A stretch of DNA of 64,000 bases from Botryllus schlosseri (Eukaryota). The position numbers and the translations under genes are program-made. The stretch lies in assembly GCA_051294905.1 (NCBI GenBank), contig CM119376.1:4898001-4962000 (forward strand), given 5' to 3'. Position 1 is the first letter of the stretch. Each line of letters starts with the position of its first letter. Positions 46,877 through 60,207 of the stretch are shown piece by piece. The notes beneath the pieces were generated by a model. That model saw only the letters and a program-made list of their open reading frames with translations. It did no database searches and was not told the DNA's origin.

Positions 46877-49800
46877 CAGTGGCTCTCAACCGGGGGTCCG
46901 TGAAGCATTTTCAGGGGGTCCGCGAAGCCTCCAAGTTTGCAACATGATTGATCACTTAATTTTCTAAGCTAAGAATATCATGAGGCAGCTTGGCCTCGTA
47001 ACTGCTAAACCTTCAGGACTTACATAAGCAGAATGGTCGTCTGAAATGAAATATCCCACACCGGTGGTTCTTAACCGGGGGTCCACGAGACCTCTAAATT
47101 TGCAAAATCACTGATTAACAAATTGTAACTTTCTTTAAAATTAGGGAAATGACGAGGCAATTCGCTTCAAAACTGCTAAAGCTTCAGGACTCACATCAAT
47201 AGAATTGCCGTTTGAGATGAATCATTAGACCATGCAGACTAACTTTAATTGCCAATAGCATAGGCCTACTTATACAAACATCTTGCAGTTTAGAGATGTT
47301 TTGTTCAGGTTTGTTGAAAATTATGTTTTCCTACAAAAGGGGTTAAACCCACGTCATGGAATCCATTTTCTCCAGTGATATACATATGTGGCAGCCCTGA
47401 TCTATAATAGGCCTACTGTCTTATATCAGAAACGGTCAGGGGGCGATATGGGGGGCGCTGGGCTCAGGGGGCGGTATGGGGGGCGCTGGAGAAAAATGGC
47501 TTCGCAGTAGATGATGTGGTGATAGGACATATCCTTAATGAGTATTCAGAGCAAATTAACACCGAAAACTTCGTTACATATAGCCTTCAAAATACATATA
47601 GGTTTAATTGTCCATGGGCGCCTAAATGACTGACACCGAATGTTCCTGTCTTGGCAATCTGAACCCCAGAAGACGAATTCCATCTGACAGGGAAAAATTA
47701 TATGTCAGAGAAGAAATACCAATCTGAAATCGTGTGCGTCTTTTAGTTTAGTACGATTGAGCGACAGGGATATTCCTGTTGGGCGATATCGTCGTTGAGC
47801 GATTCTACATTTTTTGATATTGCAGACAGGGGGTCACGAAATAACATCATGCAACGTAGTCATACCAACGGGTTCGCCCGCCCGAATATGTTTAATTATC
47901 AGTTACGGGCCCTGCAGTTTCCAAGAAACCTCATAATGTTCGCTTTAAGTTTTGATGGGTCTGCGCACACTCAACAACTCACTGCGATGACCCCTGGACA
48001 ACAGTGCGTATCGACTAAAAAAAGGTAATAACTTCGGATTTGTTGTGCGCAACGTAGATTTTCTGTGCGCAGAGACCGTGTCAGCACTGCGCAAGTGCGC
48101 AGCTTAGAGGGAACATTGCCCCTCACTCAGCTCTACCGGTAAATGTGTTTACGTGAGCAGAGAGAGGATAAAAATTAATCTCAATTTTCATGCAATTCCC
48201 GATGATATTGACCAATTCAATCATTAATTAGTGAAATTTTTCGCGCTTCGCGCGACTTGGCGAAAATAGCTGCCTCAGTAAATGGACACCCAATGTAGAT
48301 ACCTAACAGGCTTTCAGCAAATAGAGGACAGCCTAATGGGGGTCTGGAAGTGAAGTCACCCGGGAAGCTTGGTTTATCACCCGATGGGGGCCCAGAACCA
48401 ACGTTTTTGGCTTGGGGGGGGGGGGGCTGACGAAGTGCTGTTACTGCCCTGGTAACGAATAATTGTACCTGCGGGCACGCCCGAATATGTTTAATTATTA
48501 ATTACGTGCCCTTTATCTTCCTATACAACAGCTCACTCAGTTTATCGCGACTTATATATGTAATTACCACCTATTCATTCATGCATTATAGAAAATTTTG
48601 GTACCTAGGGCGACCAGGCCACACAAACTTTGCTGACCATCGAAATCACGATAGGGGGTTCGTGGGGGCGAAGCCCTCAGAAGTTCGGTTTATCACGCTA
48701 TGGGTGCGCAAGGCAATCGTTTTTAGGGGGTTGACGAAGTGCTGTTACGGCCCTCCCTCTTACTCATTGTCTTTATTACATTCCTTACATTATGAAGTTG
48801 GGGGGGGGGGCGCTGGAGCACGATAATTTTTGAAAGGGGGCGCTGGAGGAAACAAGGTTAAGAACCACTGTGCTAGACAGAAACGACTAGTCTGCAGGAC
48901 GTGATAACTTCATAGAAATCTGTTTCACAATTTTGGTGCCAAATAATATGTTTCGATCACACACAAAGGTGCATGTCGTCAGAAGACTCGGGTGGTAATG
49001 TTACATGCGCCGGACCTATACCATTTTGGAAATGGATTTTCGGCAATCGTTCATATCACATCGAAATCCGTGAATTTTCAAGACACGACCACATAATTTA
49101 AGAAATGCATCTGCAGAATACACTTTGGAATAATGAAATTCCGGCCAACTTCTACATATCGTATGATATTATTGTCAGGAACGGTCATTTTGTCGCTGTT
49201 TATCACATGCCTATAGTTAATATTTGCACATGACAGATGTCAGTGGCACGATAATTGAGCTAAATTTGAACGAAAACTTGAGGGGGTCCGCGTGGTCCGT
49301 GACGGTTCAAAAGGGGTCCGCGAAGACAAAAAGGTTGAGAACCACTGGCAGTGGTTCTCAACCGGGGGTCCGCGAAGCATTTTCAGGGGGTCCGCGAGGC
49401 CTCTAAATTTTCAAAATAGTTGATAACCTGAATTTGTATTTGCAAACCGGGAAAATTGCGAGGCACTTTCAATTCATTACTAGTAAACCACCAGAACTCA
49501 CATCAAAACAATGGCCGTCTGAGTTGAAATATCCTGCTGTTCAGAATCATTTTAATGGTCAAATTACCAATAGATTTATGACAGTATTCCCTTTAATTTT
49601 TGACTAGTACGCGCACACTCACCAACTCACTGCGCAAACCCTTGGACAACAGTGCGTACCGACTAAAAAAAGGTCATCACCTCGGATTTTTTTTTTGGCG
49701 CAACTTAGATTTTCTGTGCGCAGAGACCGTGTCAGCACTGCGCATTTGCGCACGCGCGCAGCTTGAAGGGAGCATTGGTTACTGATACATATATTTTGCT

Positions 49801-50510
49801 ATTTCGCGATATTTTGTTGGGAGTTGTGAAAAAAATACAAAGTTTTATTAATAAGGTCAATCACGGTGACTTCGAAATGTTTACAAAAATCTATTTTCTT
49901 CTGTGATATACATAGCCATTTTACATGATAACTTCAGTTGGTATCAGTATCACTTTATTATTATTTGCATCATTTCAAAACACCACAAAACTGCGATACA
50001 ATGAAAAGATAGGAAGGTTTCGAAACGAATTGGAGTAGTCTTTGAAATCAGACACTCAAGATGAGCTGCTTGATAAAAATGACCAGACTCGACGTTATAT
50101 GTCCATTAAAAATTGTTTATCAATTTTGGTGCCATATTTTTTGCGATCATGCCCACATGTGCCGTGTATTACAATCACCATCACCTATCTTTGTGGAAAT
50201 GGATTTTCGGCACTCGTTCATATCAGGTCGACGGCGCAGATTTTCGAGACACGACCACGTATTTCAAGAAATGCAGTTGCAAAATAAAAATATTAAAAGT
50301 CAATCCAATTCCTACATAAATAGTATGATGTTATTTTTAAAAAAGTCATTTTGTTGCTGGGTATCACTATAGCCTACTGATATCATTGACACAAGACAGA
50401 GGACGATTGCACGATAATCGAGCTAAATTTGAACTAAAACTTTTGGGGGTCCGCGGTTTCCGTGACGGTCCAAAAGGGGTCCGCGAAGACAAAAAGGTTG
50501 AGAACCACTG
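46877..50510. mobile_element. Head-to-tail dimer of a hAT MITE (46877-49347 and 49349-50510)
   Basis: Junction ggttgagaaccactg-g-cagtggttctcaacc. 48880-49347 repeats as 50040-50510, and 46877-47050 repeats at 47062 and 49349. Confidence 0.75.
47430..48870. mobile_element. Left-truncated hAT element with satellite-like cargo, nested in the dimer
   Basis: Right TIR ggttaagaaccactg at 48856-48870. Body is collinear with the element starting at 61585. Confidence 0.7.
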
Positions 50511-50847
50511 GCCCTAGTGTCTAGTAGGCCTACAACTTATCCGCATCGCCAATCGTCTTGTTAACAACGGGCCTCGCAATACGAGGGAGGAAGTCATACC
50601 GTGACATTGTCTGAAAGGGTACACCCGGGTGAAAAAGGTATAGAACCATTGATCTACAGCAGGGGTTTTCAACTTTCTTTCGGCCGTGACCCTTATCTTC
50701 CGGGTTTAAAATGTTATGGGGTCTACCTATTAGAGTCATAGTCCTGCTCAATGCGAGATAACCGCCGGCGCCGATATGCCTATTTTTCTAAAATACGAAC
50801 CTTTTTCTTACAATCTATATAAAAATCCAAACCTCATGTGACATGAA

Positions 50848-51030
50848 ATCGCGCGAAGCGAAGGCGAATGAAGCGGACCAAAGTTCAATGAATCTACTCG
50901 AAAAAACGACTTACAAAATTATTTTGGCCACCTGCGAGCTCCGTATAAATTCGGGTGGGGGTGTCGTGTCGTTACCGACCTGGTAGCCCGTATAACTGTC
51001 GCGTACATTATGTCCCTCCGCTATTCCAAT
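50848..51030 (+). repeat. ~180-bp dispersed repeat shared with 55337-55520
   Basis: atcgcgcgaagcgaaggcgaatgaagcggaccaaagtt..gaatctactc..ttttggccacc occurs at both sites. Confidence 0.7.
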
Positions 51031-53010
51031 TCCTCAATTTTCTGGGAAAGGAGGACGATGGACATATTGGTAACCCTAACCACTAAGGTATCGCGCCACT
51101 CTTGATACTTGGAAATTAGGGCCAGAAACTGTAAAGACGGAGGAAAATTACGATATTATGAATACAAGCCATTCTATATCACTCGGGCAGAGTTGAAAAA
51201 GTGGGTTGAAACGGATTGAACTCAAACTGAACAGTGAACACAATGACATGGACTCTGACTCTAGTCACATCACTATGACTCGAACTCGACCCTCTACTCA
51301 TTGACTCGGACTCGGGCTTGACTCGATGGTGAATTGGAAATGACTCGACTTAACACGAGTCAAAATTATAAGAGAGATTAACTTGTGACTTGTGAATCGG
51401 TACCTTGTGACTCAGCCTGATATGTTGAAATTAAATTTTGATACCATCTTAGTCAACATAATCAGATTTACCGGTAAAACTGCTGGAGGTGGTGCCATTG
51501 AAAATATGGGCTCATGTGCGGCGGTCGAGACTATTGATGAGGTTTTTTCGCGTTTCCTGCGGTTTGTATTTACTTTATTGAAGCATTTAGTTATTTCGTT
51601 ACCTAAGCTAGAGATTGTCGCTCCTCAAAAATATTTGAAATGCCCACGCACCCACCAGACCAAATTAAAGAAAAAGCTCATATTCCTTACGTCGCACACT
51701 TTTTCCAATTCACAACTTTCACGGTGACAGCAGTAGTTCCCTCTACGGATCGCATTCGTCAAATCTGCCCCGGTCGGCCGAACCTATATCAGCCAACATG
51801 CTGCGGTCATTTTCGACGAACGTTTTTGCCAACACCGATCATTGAGACAGTACACTACGCGGGGTCGCATGTTGCCCAAACTTCACACGTCTTAGTGAGT
51901 CGTTGCATTCAATAGAATGGTACTAACTGTTGGTGTCTTATAGTCCCGCAACCGCATGCTATACATCCCTGGACTTAAGCGCCCTACCACCTCAAGTGAT
52001 CCTATAAAAATATACCAGTCTCTCCTAATTGAGAAAACAGGTTTAATCATTTCTGTAAATTATGCGTATTTTTAATTATTATTATTTTTGGATATCCATA
52101 TAAATAAGTCTAGTGACATTAGATCGTGCGAAGTGTGAGATAAATTTAAAAGCTGAATGGATACTACTCCAAAGTAGTTATGACTCCTTCCTATCTTGCA
52201 TCGTAGTCTTGCGATGTTTTGAAATGATAAAATTGTTAGTAAACTAAGACTGTTCCTGTCAAAAAATACTATTACTTTACTTTCATTACCGAAATATTTT
52301 GAACCCCTTCGAGCTGGGACGAAATAAGTAACCGAGTGTTCATTATTCAGAACAGTGTGGTTTATGGTGGCGAACCGATTTTCGATTTGAAAACGTCCCG
52401 CGACCCACCTACAAATTTGGTAACCTGATTTCGTTATTAAAAAAATGTCACCACCCCCATTCACGTCCGATTGTCGGATGCTAATTGATTAAAAAAGATC
52501 AGCACCTTCTTGACTCCAGGAAAAGGCTAAACGAAGCCATCGATGTCTAGATTCACGCATATTTTTCTGTATCAACGCTGCCTGACCTTGCTCTCTGTGG
52601 AGTTGTAATATCGCGCCACGAGAAGCCCATACTAGATGCCTTACTCGTTTTCGTTTGAATTCGTTTTCGTAGATGCTCGATTGCTCATGGGAAAGCTGAT
52701 AATTTAATCTAGTCTGACTTGAACTCAAATTAGTTCCCTATTATTGAGAGTCATTCCAGCGCGCATTCTAAACCTCAACTTTTCTCATGAATTCCAAGTA
52801 TGGCAGCAGTGAAGCGATTTCTAAAATATTTCGACCAGGTATGATTTATTGTTTTCGGCGACTTTTTCTCATGATGCGGATTTGAAACTAAGAGAAAAAG
52901 CAAAATTTTCCAATTCGTCTGGTCTTGTCGAGCTCTGTAATGCGAAGAGACACAGAACCCTTATTAGAACTCAGCTTCACCGAGAAACGTTCGTTTTCTT
53001 ACCTTGAAGA

Positions 53011-54139
53011 CTAGCATCTCGAACTGTATCGCAGTCTGTTGCTCTGTTGGAGGCTCGACCTTGTGGATTCTGTCAGGTAGAAATCGCCATGAGTTAAAAC
53101 GGTTGAGCATTTTGACACAAAAGAGACGACGAATCCAATTATTTTCCGAAAATAATGCTATACGTTGCCAATGTCATAGCGACCGTTGTGGGTACGAAAT
53201 TGAGCATCAAGGGGTACGAAGATCCTTGGGCCACAGAGCTACTTCTCATACAGATATCCCTGTACAGTTTTATGTTATGCTATAGAAATCTTTGCTTTAG
53301 AAAAAATAAACAAATATGTGTTGGTATTCAGTAAGAATCCTCCTTGTCTGATTATAACACGTTTACGCTGTTGTCAGTCAGGTGCTTGGCCAGCCAAAAA
53401 AAGAAAATGTGGCGTCGAATTATTAGAGTCAAGTTGCCTGCATGCACAAAGGCGTAAAATACCAGTTTAACGTTCAATTGAGCTATAAAAGCCATTTGAT
53501 TTAGCAAGATATATATATCTAAAAAAGTGAATCAGATTTTAGGGGTACACAAGATGCTCTGGCGACAAAGGAGTACGAGCAGCAAACACGGTTGGGAACC
53601 CCTAATGTATATAGGTAGCATTCGATGTTGCACGAGTCAAAAGCTGAAAAGCGATGTGTGCTGCAGTGAAAGTTATTGTGTCGCGCGAATATCGCGTTAC
53701 GGCCAAGGAAGTAAGTTTCCGACCCTAGATAATAGGGAATGGAATATGCACTTACTGGAGCAGTTCTTTCTATAGCTGTAAACCTTCTTTGGCTTTGCTG
53801 GCGTAACGCAAGGGGTTCTGCGAATATAGATCTGTTTGCTCACTGGCGCGATGTAGACACAGTCGTTCCTTTGGGCGGAAGCGCAGCTCACGACTGTTCT
53901 TGGAGGAGAACAGCGCGTAGCAGGAGCAGCTCGAGCAACGGCACAAGCTGACACCGCAGCTGGGGCGAAGGAGAATGTTCGAGCTGAAGAAAGCACGAAC
54001 AAAATGATCGTACATACAAAATTACTGACTTAGGCTACTTTGCTTATATCGATTTCTGAATAACATGCATCATACCCGGTAGGTAACAGTAGTAGGCCGA
54101 AGCCATACCGAGCATAGCGAGCATCAAGATGAAACGCAT
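53011..54139 (-). CDS. Predicted small secreted Cys-rich cationic protein, copy A (3 exons, 116 aa), unknown family
   Basis: Exons 54139-54076, 53983-53756, 53069-53011. Signal peptide MRFILMLAMLGMASA followed by YYCYLP. Donors GTATGA and GTAAGT; acceptors ttcttcag and ctgacag; phases 1,1. Exon 3 choice is the least certain part. Confidence 0.6.
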
Positions 54140-57011
54140 ATTTCTTCGTTGCTTAATATCCTGAAGGATGAATGTTCAACTGTAATGATCGACAGTGAAG
54201 TGATGAGATGTTACCAACCCAGTGCTTTTATGCATGGGCATAGTCGAGCAAGATAGAATCTCTCTGGTCGGAGTGTGTGTAGCTGCCACTTGAATGACTA
54301 TGAAAGAGAGAACGGTCTCTGCATTGAAGCGTAGTAAGAATCAACACTCCAATATGTAATTGAAAGATGAAAAAAGTCGACACAAAACCCACAACGGTAA
54401 TGTGCAACGCTTACTGACCATTTATTTAGAGACTAAACACGAATGACGCACGAGAGGTTAGATAGTGAGAGCTGAAATCATTCGACATCTCGGAAGCGCA
54501 TCTACTGGGAGATTCCGGTGTTTGTGTACTATATTCCGGCTCTGTATCAACATCGGAATCTTTTCACGATATAATTTCAGCGTTCAAGTGATTCAGCGTG
54601 TGCTCAAAGTACTGGAGTAGATATGGAGGATGAGATGTTGACGGAAATAGCTGCAACGAAGTGCAATGGCTTCCCGTCATTCACATCACCGATTCCCTGG
54701 AAATTATGTCTGGGATGACAAAAGTATAGGTTGTTTGTTAGATATGCAAAGATTAGCTTGCATCATTCACAGAACACGACGAAAACCGTTGTCATTACAT
54801 CCCTTTTTGTGTCAACATCGCGAATTCATTGGTATGATGGCAACCCACGCATTGTATTTTATACTATATGAACTTAGCGAAGTGCCGTGAAACTTTTATG
54901 CCAAATTACTTTCTCTCCAAATGTTCCGAGTTCAGCGTGCAGTTGAGTCTTTGGCGTCAGTTTCCATGCGCTACAACTAGAGCTGCATTTGAAACAAGGC
55001 CCTCGTTTTAAACATGTCTTTTAATGTTCTTTTTTCAACTTTTGAAATACCTCCTGTTTCAAATACAACCCTAGTCGCAAAATCTCTCTCTGTGTGATCA
55101 TCATCTTCCAATCTTCCCATTCATCTAATTTTTTTTCAGGATTCTATGATTCTTCAAAATCAAGTCTTCAATCAGTTGCTCCGTAGCCTCCATTTGTCTT
55201 CCTCTTATAGCCGTCAATCATCCTTGTTGCTTTGTGTGTCCTTTCATTTCCTTATATCCTGCCGACAACGCCATACAATGTAAGCAAAGGTGGTCACGGT
55301 CTGTAACGACTTACTTCTACTTTTTCGAAGTACTCATCGCGCGAAGCGAAGGCGAATGAAGCGGACCAAAGTTGAATGAATCTACTCCAAAAAATGATTT
55401 ACAAAGTAATTTTGGCCACCGGCTAGCTCCTTATAAATTCGGGTGGGGTTGTTGACCTTGTTGTGCCGTTACGGACCTGGTAGCACGTATAACTGTCGCG
55501 TACATTATGGCCGTCCGCTAATCCACGCACACTGCAAAACACAGTTATCTGGTCCGCGCATTTGCGATTTCAGTTTGCGATGTCAGAACATTAAATCCAA
55601 TGATTCATGTGCCTTTTACATTTTGTGCAGTGATTTCCAAAGGAAGTTGATAGATATAATGAATTGCAATTATGGTTATTTATATGTTACAATAATACAA
55701 CCTGACGAAGCACCTTAAATCTACATCAAATTCACTTCTGTCCGTGTTTAATGCACATCTCTTTGGACGACACACGACATAAATATGACCCTGCTGGAAT
55801 ACTTTCATCAACCTTTCAGTTAGGCTACTATATAATCATAATTATTTTATTTGCCGTAAGCCGTGGGTTGTTATAATAGGCGTAGCCGGGTGAGAAAAAA
55901 TGTCGTTTCCCCTTCGCATTGTCGACTTTTCGACTACATTGTGACCCCACGCGTGTCACTATTTCTCGTCAGAGTCGGTTGAAAAGCTTGGCGTATTAGG
56001 CTATGTACAATTCAATGTTATGAATATATGTTTTGAGAGTATAACATAACAGATATTACTGAATTCTCCCTAAATCTCCCATTTTCCCAATATATAGATC
56101 TGTGGCGCACCTCGAAATGCTTCTTGTGACCCACTGGTGGAAAACCCCTGATCTGATCAGCTCTTCGCACCGTATGCATATGTCAACTTTCAGGCTCCGA
56201 CGCTTCACGAAGCGTCCATATGAATAATGTTCAAAAGTACTGACTTATAGTTGAGTTGATTCAAAGACAGCAAATTGTATTTCTACTTGAAGTAGTTTTG
56301 GGCTGCTCCGAAAAGCACTGCTTTTACGTTTACTTGTGTATAATTATGTGTCGCCACTTCTACTTGAGAAGCTTTCTTTACTATTTTGACGATTTCTGCT
56401 TATCATTTTATTGATACAAATATAAGAGAAGGTCCATGCGTGGAGGGTCACTTAAAATTAATGACCACCATCGATTACTCGACGCAATCCAACACAAATT
56501 AGTAATTGCAATCAAGTAATCAAAATGTCGCGATCACGATACACATCAGTTTTCAAGGATATTTGACGCATGAGATCCTCGGCATTGCGCGAACTTCATT
56601 ATTTAGAACAATGCGTTGGGGTTCGAATGAGATGTCTACATATCAAAGACTTCGTAATGGGGTTTCGCAAAATGATGTAATGACAATGAACTGTCAATGA
56701 TGCTAGCTCCTCTTTGCATATCTCGCAAACAACCTGCTGCTATTATTCAAACATAATTTACAGAGAATCAGGGATGGGAATGACGGGAAGTGATCGCATT
56801 TCGTTAAAACTATTTCAGTCAACAATAAGTCATCCTCCATATCTACTCTAGTACTTTGAGCGTACGCTCAATCACTTAAGCGCTGAAATTATCCCACGCA
56901 AAGATTCCGGTGTTGATTCAGCACCGGAATATGCAACGCAAACACCGGTATCTCGCAAGTGATGCGCTTCCGAGATATCGGCTGATTTCAGCTCTCATTC
57001 CAGCCTCGCGT

Positions 57012-57950
57012 TAGTGTGGAGCGGATCGACAAATTCTCGGGTCCGGCTCCGATCCGGTTTGCCAATTCTCGGGTCCGGCTCCGATCCGGCTCCGGCTGTA
57101 TCAAGAAAAAGTACTGATTCGGCTCCGGCCAAAAATGAAAAAGTCCTGCCGGAAATCCGGCTCAATACGGTACGGTGGTTTCGTGAATTTAAAAATATGG
57201 CTCGTTTCTTTTCGAACTGGCTTGGCGGTTACTTGCGTGTTGTTGGTTGGCAGTTATTTAGTTTATAATTGAACGGTATATTCATATTGAAATGAACCCG
57301 AATAATTTCGGCTGACACTCGTCAGGGGTAATTGTCAGCAACTAGTAGAGAATTAGAAAGAACATTGTATATCAACAATCGTATCACAAAATATGACGTC
57401 ACCAGCATGAAATTTCGTGAATGAGAGAGCGTTCAATCTCGAAATTTCATGCTGGTGACGTCATATTTTGTGATACGATTGCTTGAAGAGCTTCTTGGAG
57501 GTACAGAACTTCAATATACAATTAAATAGTATATTCATATTGAAATGAACCCGAATATTTTCGGCTGACACTCGTCAGGGGTAATCGTCAGCAACTAGTG
57601 GAGAATTGGAAAGAACATTGTATATCAACAATCCTATCACCAGATATCATTCGATTGTTGATATACAATGTTCTTTCCAATTCTCTACTAGTTGCTGACG
57701 ATTACCCCTGACGAGTGTCAGCCGAAAATATTCGGGTTCATTTCAATATGAATATACTATTTAATTGTATATTGAAGTTCTGTACCCCCAAGAAGCTCTT
57801 CAAATAGTTATTTAGTTACAAACGTCATGCTTATCCATAAAGATTCTCGCCTTATCAAAAAAGTGCTGATCCGACTCCGATCCGGTCCGGCCAAAATTGA
57901 AAAAAATCCGGCCGGATATCAAATCTGGCTCCGGTCCATGCACCGCACTA
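57012..57950. mobile_element. hAT MITE with (GGCTCCGATCC)n subterminal repeats
   Basis: Termini tagtgtgg / ccgcacta; TSD cctcgcgt / cctctcgt (7/8). Contains nested palindromic MITEs. Confidence 0.8.
57483..57803. mobile_element. Near-perfect palindromic MITE (~150-bp arms)
   Basis: ttgaagagcttcttgg ... ccaagaagctcttcaa. An adjacent truncated copy (57280-57481) has a perfect 42-bp hairpin (57376-57417 / 57440-57481). Confidence 0.88.
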
Positions 57951-57968
57951 CCTCTCGTGTGTCATTAG

Positions 57969-58759
57969 TAGGGCGGTTTTTTTTGACATGTCATTATTTG
58001 TCAAAATTTTGTCAAAATTGTAGAGTTAGGTCAAAATTTGTCAAAATTTTTCATAAAGTCAAAATTTTTTGACGTCTGTATTTCGTTTGTATCGTAGATT
58101 TTGTACTGCCGGTGAACTTATTATTTGATATTTTACAGTTTGTAGCCTATTTTATAGGCCTACCGTTGTAAACAGCTAATTGTCTGCTCATTGTGAATCA
58201 TAAATGGTCAAATAAAATAAATAGGTAGACATGGTGTTATGGTCAACGTACCGCAATATCCTAACTAAAGACTTCTTGGGCATTGCATCATTCTTATGTT
58301 AAGAAGCGCTTGATGAAAAATTGTGATGTTGACAACATTGTCAGAATGAAGCAACACGGTGTCGGACTGTTGAACGTCCTTGGCAAGTTTCTTAGTAAGG
58401 ACATGCATTTTCTACCAGAGAATGTAGGAAAGTAGCCTATCTCTTGTTGCACTACAAAAAATCCTAATTATTTCTTCGTAATACATATTGCAACCACTGG
58501 AATTCTTCATAGGGCCAGATTCCGTTAAAATATTGGGTTTTTTATGTAAAAAGTTGGCTGTTTCTGAGCCAAAAACATTTTTTCCGGCCAAACTACTTCG
58601 TTAGGACAGCCAGTTCAAACCAGAAATGAAAATAAGTGGTACAATTTTGTGAGAAATGTGGGAAAATACCTAATTTGCATACGTTAGGTCAAAATTTGGT
58701 CAAAATTTTGTTTTTTAGGTCAAAATTTTCCTTTTTTTAGGTAAAAAAGAAACGCCCTA
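57969..58759. mobile_element. hAT deletion derivative (TAGGGCG termini)
   Basis: tagggcggtttttttt / aaaaaagaaacgcccta with a perfect 8-bp TSD GTCATTAG (57961-57968, 58760-58767). Collinear with 3925-4745. Confidence 0.9.
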
Positions 58760-58981
58760 GTCATTAGTAATCAGTGTCTAAGGAAACTGTGAGTACGTGT
58801 TTCGCATTGCCATTGTGGGCTTTGTGTAGACTTTTTATCTTTCCATTACATATTGGAGTGTTGATTATTACGGCAGTTCAATGACGAGACCGTTCTCTCT
58901 CTCTCTTTCATAGTCATTCAAGTGGCAGTTACACACACTCCTCCGACCAGAGAGATTCTATCTTGCTCGACTATGCCCATG

Positions 58982-59020
58982 CATAAAAGCACAGGGTTGG
59001 TAACATCTCAACACTTCACT
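58982..59020 (+). promoter_or_regulatory. Candidate core promoter (TATA-like CATAAAAG plus Inr-like TCACT) of the secreted-protein gene
   Basis: CATAAAAG at 58982, 93 nt upstream of ATG 59075, with CTTCACTG about 30 nt downstream. The CATAAAAG is conserved in the inverted copy near 54225-54232. Confidence 0.4.
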
Positions 59021-59074
59021 GTCGATCATTACAGTTGAACATTCATCCTTCAGGATATCAAGCAACGAAGAAAT

Positions 59075-60207
59075 ATGCGTTTCATCTTGATGCTCGCTAT
59101 GCTCGGTATGGCTTCGGCCTACTACTGTTACCTACCGGGTATGATGCATGTTATTCAGAAATCGATATAAGTAAAGTAGCCTAAGTCAGTAATTTTGTAT
59201 GTACGATCATTTTGCTTGTGCTTTCTTCAGCTCGAACATTTTCCTTCGCCCCAGCTGCGGTGTCAGCTTGTGCCGTTGCTCGAGCTGCTCCTGCTACGCG
59301 CTGTTCTCCTCCAAGAACAGTCGTGAGCTGCGCTTCCGCCCAAAGGAACGACTGTGTCTACATCGCGCCAGTGAGCAAACAGATCTATATCCGGAGATCC
59401 CCTTGCGTTACGCCAGCAAAGCCAAAGAAGGTTTACAGCTATAGAAAGAACTGCTCCAGTAAGTGCATATTCCATTCCCTATCATCTAGGGTCGGAAACT
59501 TACCTCCTTGGCCGTAACGCGATATTCGCGCGACACAATAACTTTCACTGCAACACACATCGCTTTTCAGCTTTTGAGTCGTGCAACACCGAATGCTACC
59601 TATATCAGGTGTTCCCAACCGTGTTTGCTGCTCGTGCACCTTTGTGGCTTCAGATCATTATGCGTACCTAAAAAAATGTGATGAAATATTTTAGATATAT
59701 ATTGCTAAAGTAAATGGCTTTAAAGCTCAATTGAACTGTTATTTTAGGCCATTGTCCATGTACTCTAATAAATTGATGTTAGCTTGGAAAATGTGAAAAA
59801 TAAAATTCAAAAGCCTTTCTTTTTATCGGCTGGCTACGCACTTGGCTAACAACAAGTGTAAGCGTGTTATAATCATACAAGGAGGATTCTTACTAAATAG
59901 CAACACTTATATGTTGATCCTTTTTCGAAGCAAAGATTGTAATGGCATAATATGTAACTGTGCTGGAATATCTGTCTGAAAAGCTGCTCTGTGGCCCAAG
60001 GATCTTCGTACCCCTTGATGCTCAATCTCGTACCCTCTACGGTCGTTATGACATTGGCAACGTAGCGTTCGGAAAATAATTGGATTCGTCGTTTCTTTTG
60101 TGTCAAAATGCTCAACCCTTTTAACTCATGGCGATTTCTACCTGACAGAATCCACAAGGTCGAGCCTCCAACAGAGCAACAGACTGCGATACAGTTCGAG
60201 ATGCTAG
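59075..60207 (+). CDS. Predicted small secreted Cys-rich cationic protein, copy B (3 exons, 116 aa), unknown family
   Basis: Exons 59075-59138, 59231-59458, 60149-60207. Protein MRFILMLAMLGMASA-YYCYLPARTFSFAPAAVSACAVARAAPATRCSPPRTVVSCASAQRNDCVYIAPVSKQIYIRRSPCVTPAKPKKVYSYRKNCSKSTRSSLQQSNRLRYSSRC. Versus copy A, exon 2 shows 3 synonymous and 1 replacement difference; the single exon-3 difference falls immediately after the TAG. Confidence 0.62.

Noticed and set aside
51392-52464. ORFs 51392-51727, 51640-51915 and 52072-52464 as exons of a further gene
   Set aside because: No recognisable motifs and no consistent chain of splice sites and phases could be built.
52810-53951. Alternative 4-exon gene model on the opposite strand of the duplicated unit (MAAVKRFLKYFDQ / TSISNCIAVCC / SIRCC..VCCSESYC / VNLLWLCW)
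   Set aside because: Phases can be made to fit and the SIRCC exon has plausible splice sites. However, there is no signal peptide or promoter cue, and the main exon shows more replacement than silent changes. Kept as a fallback that RNA-seq should settle.
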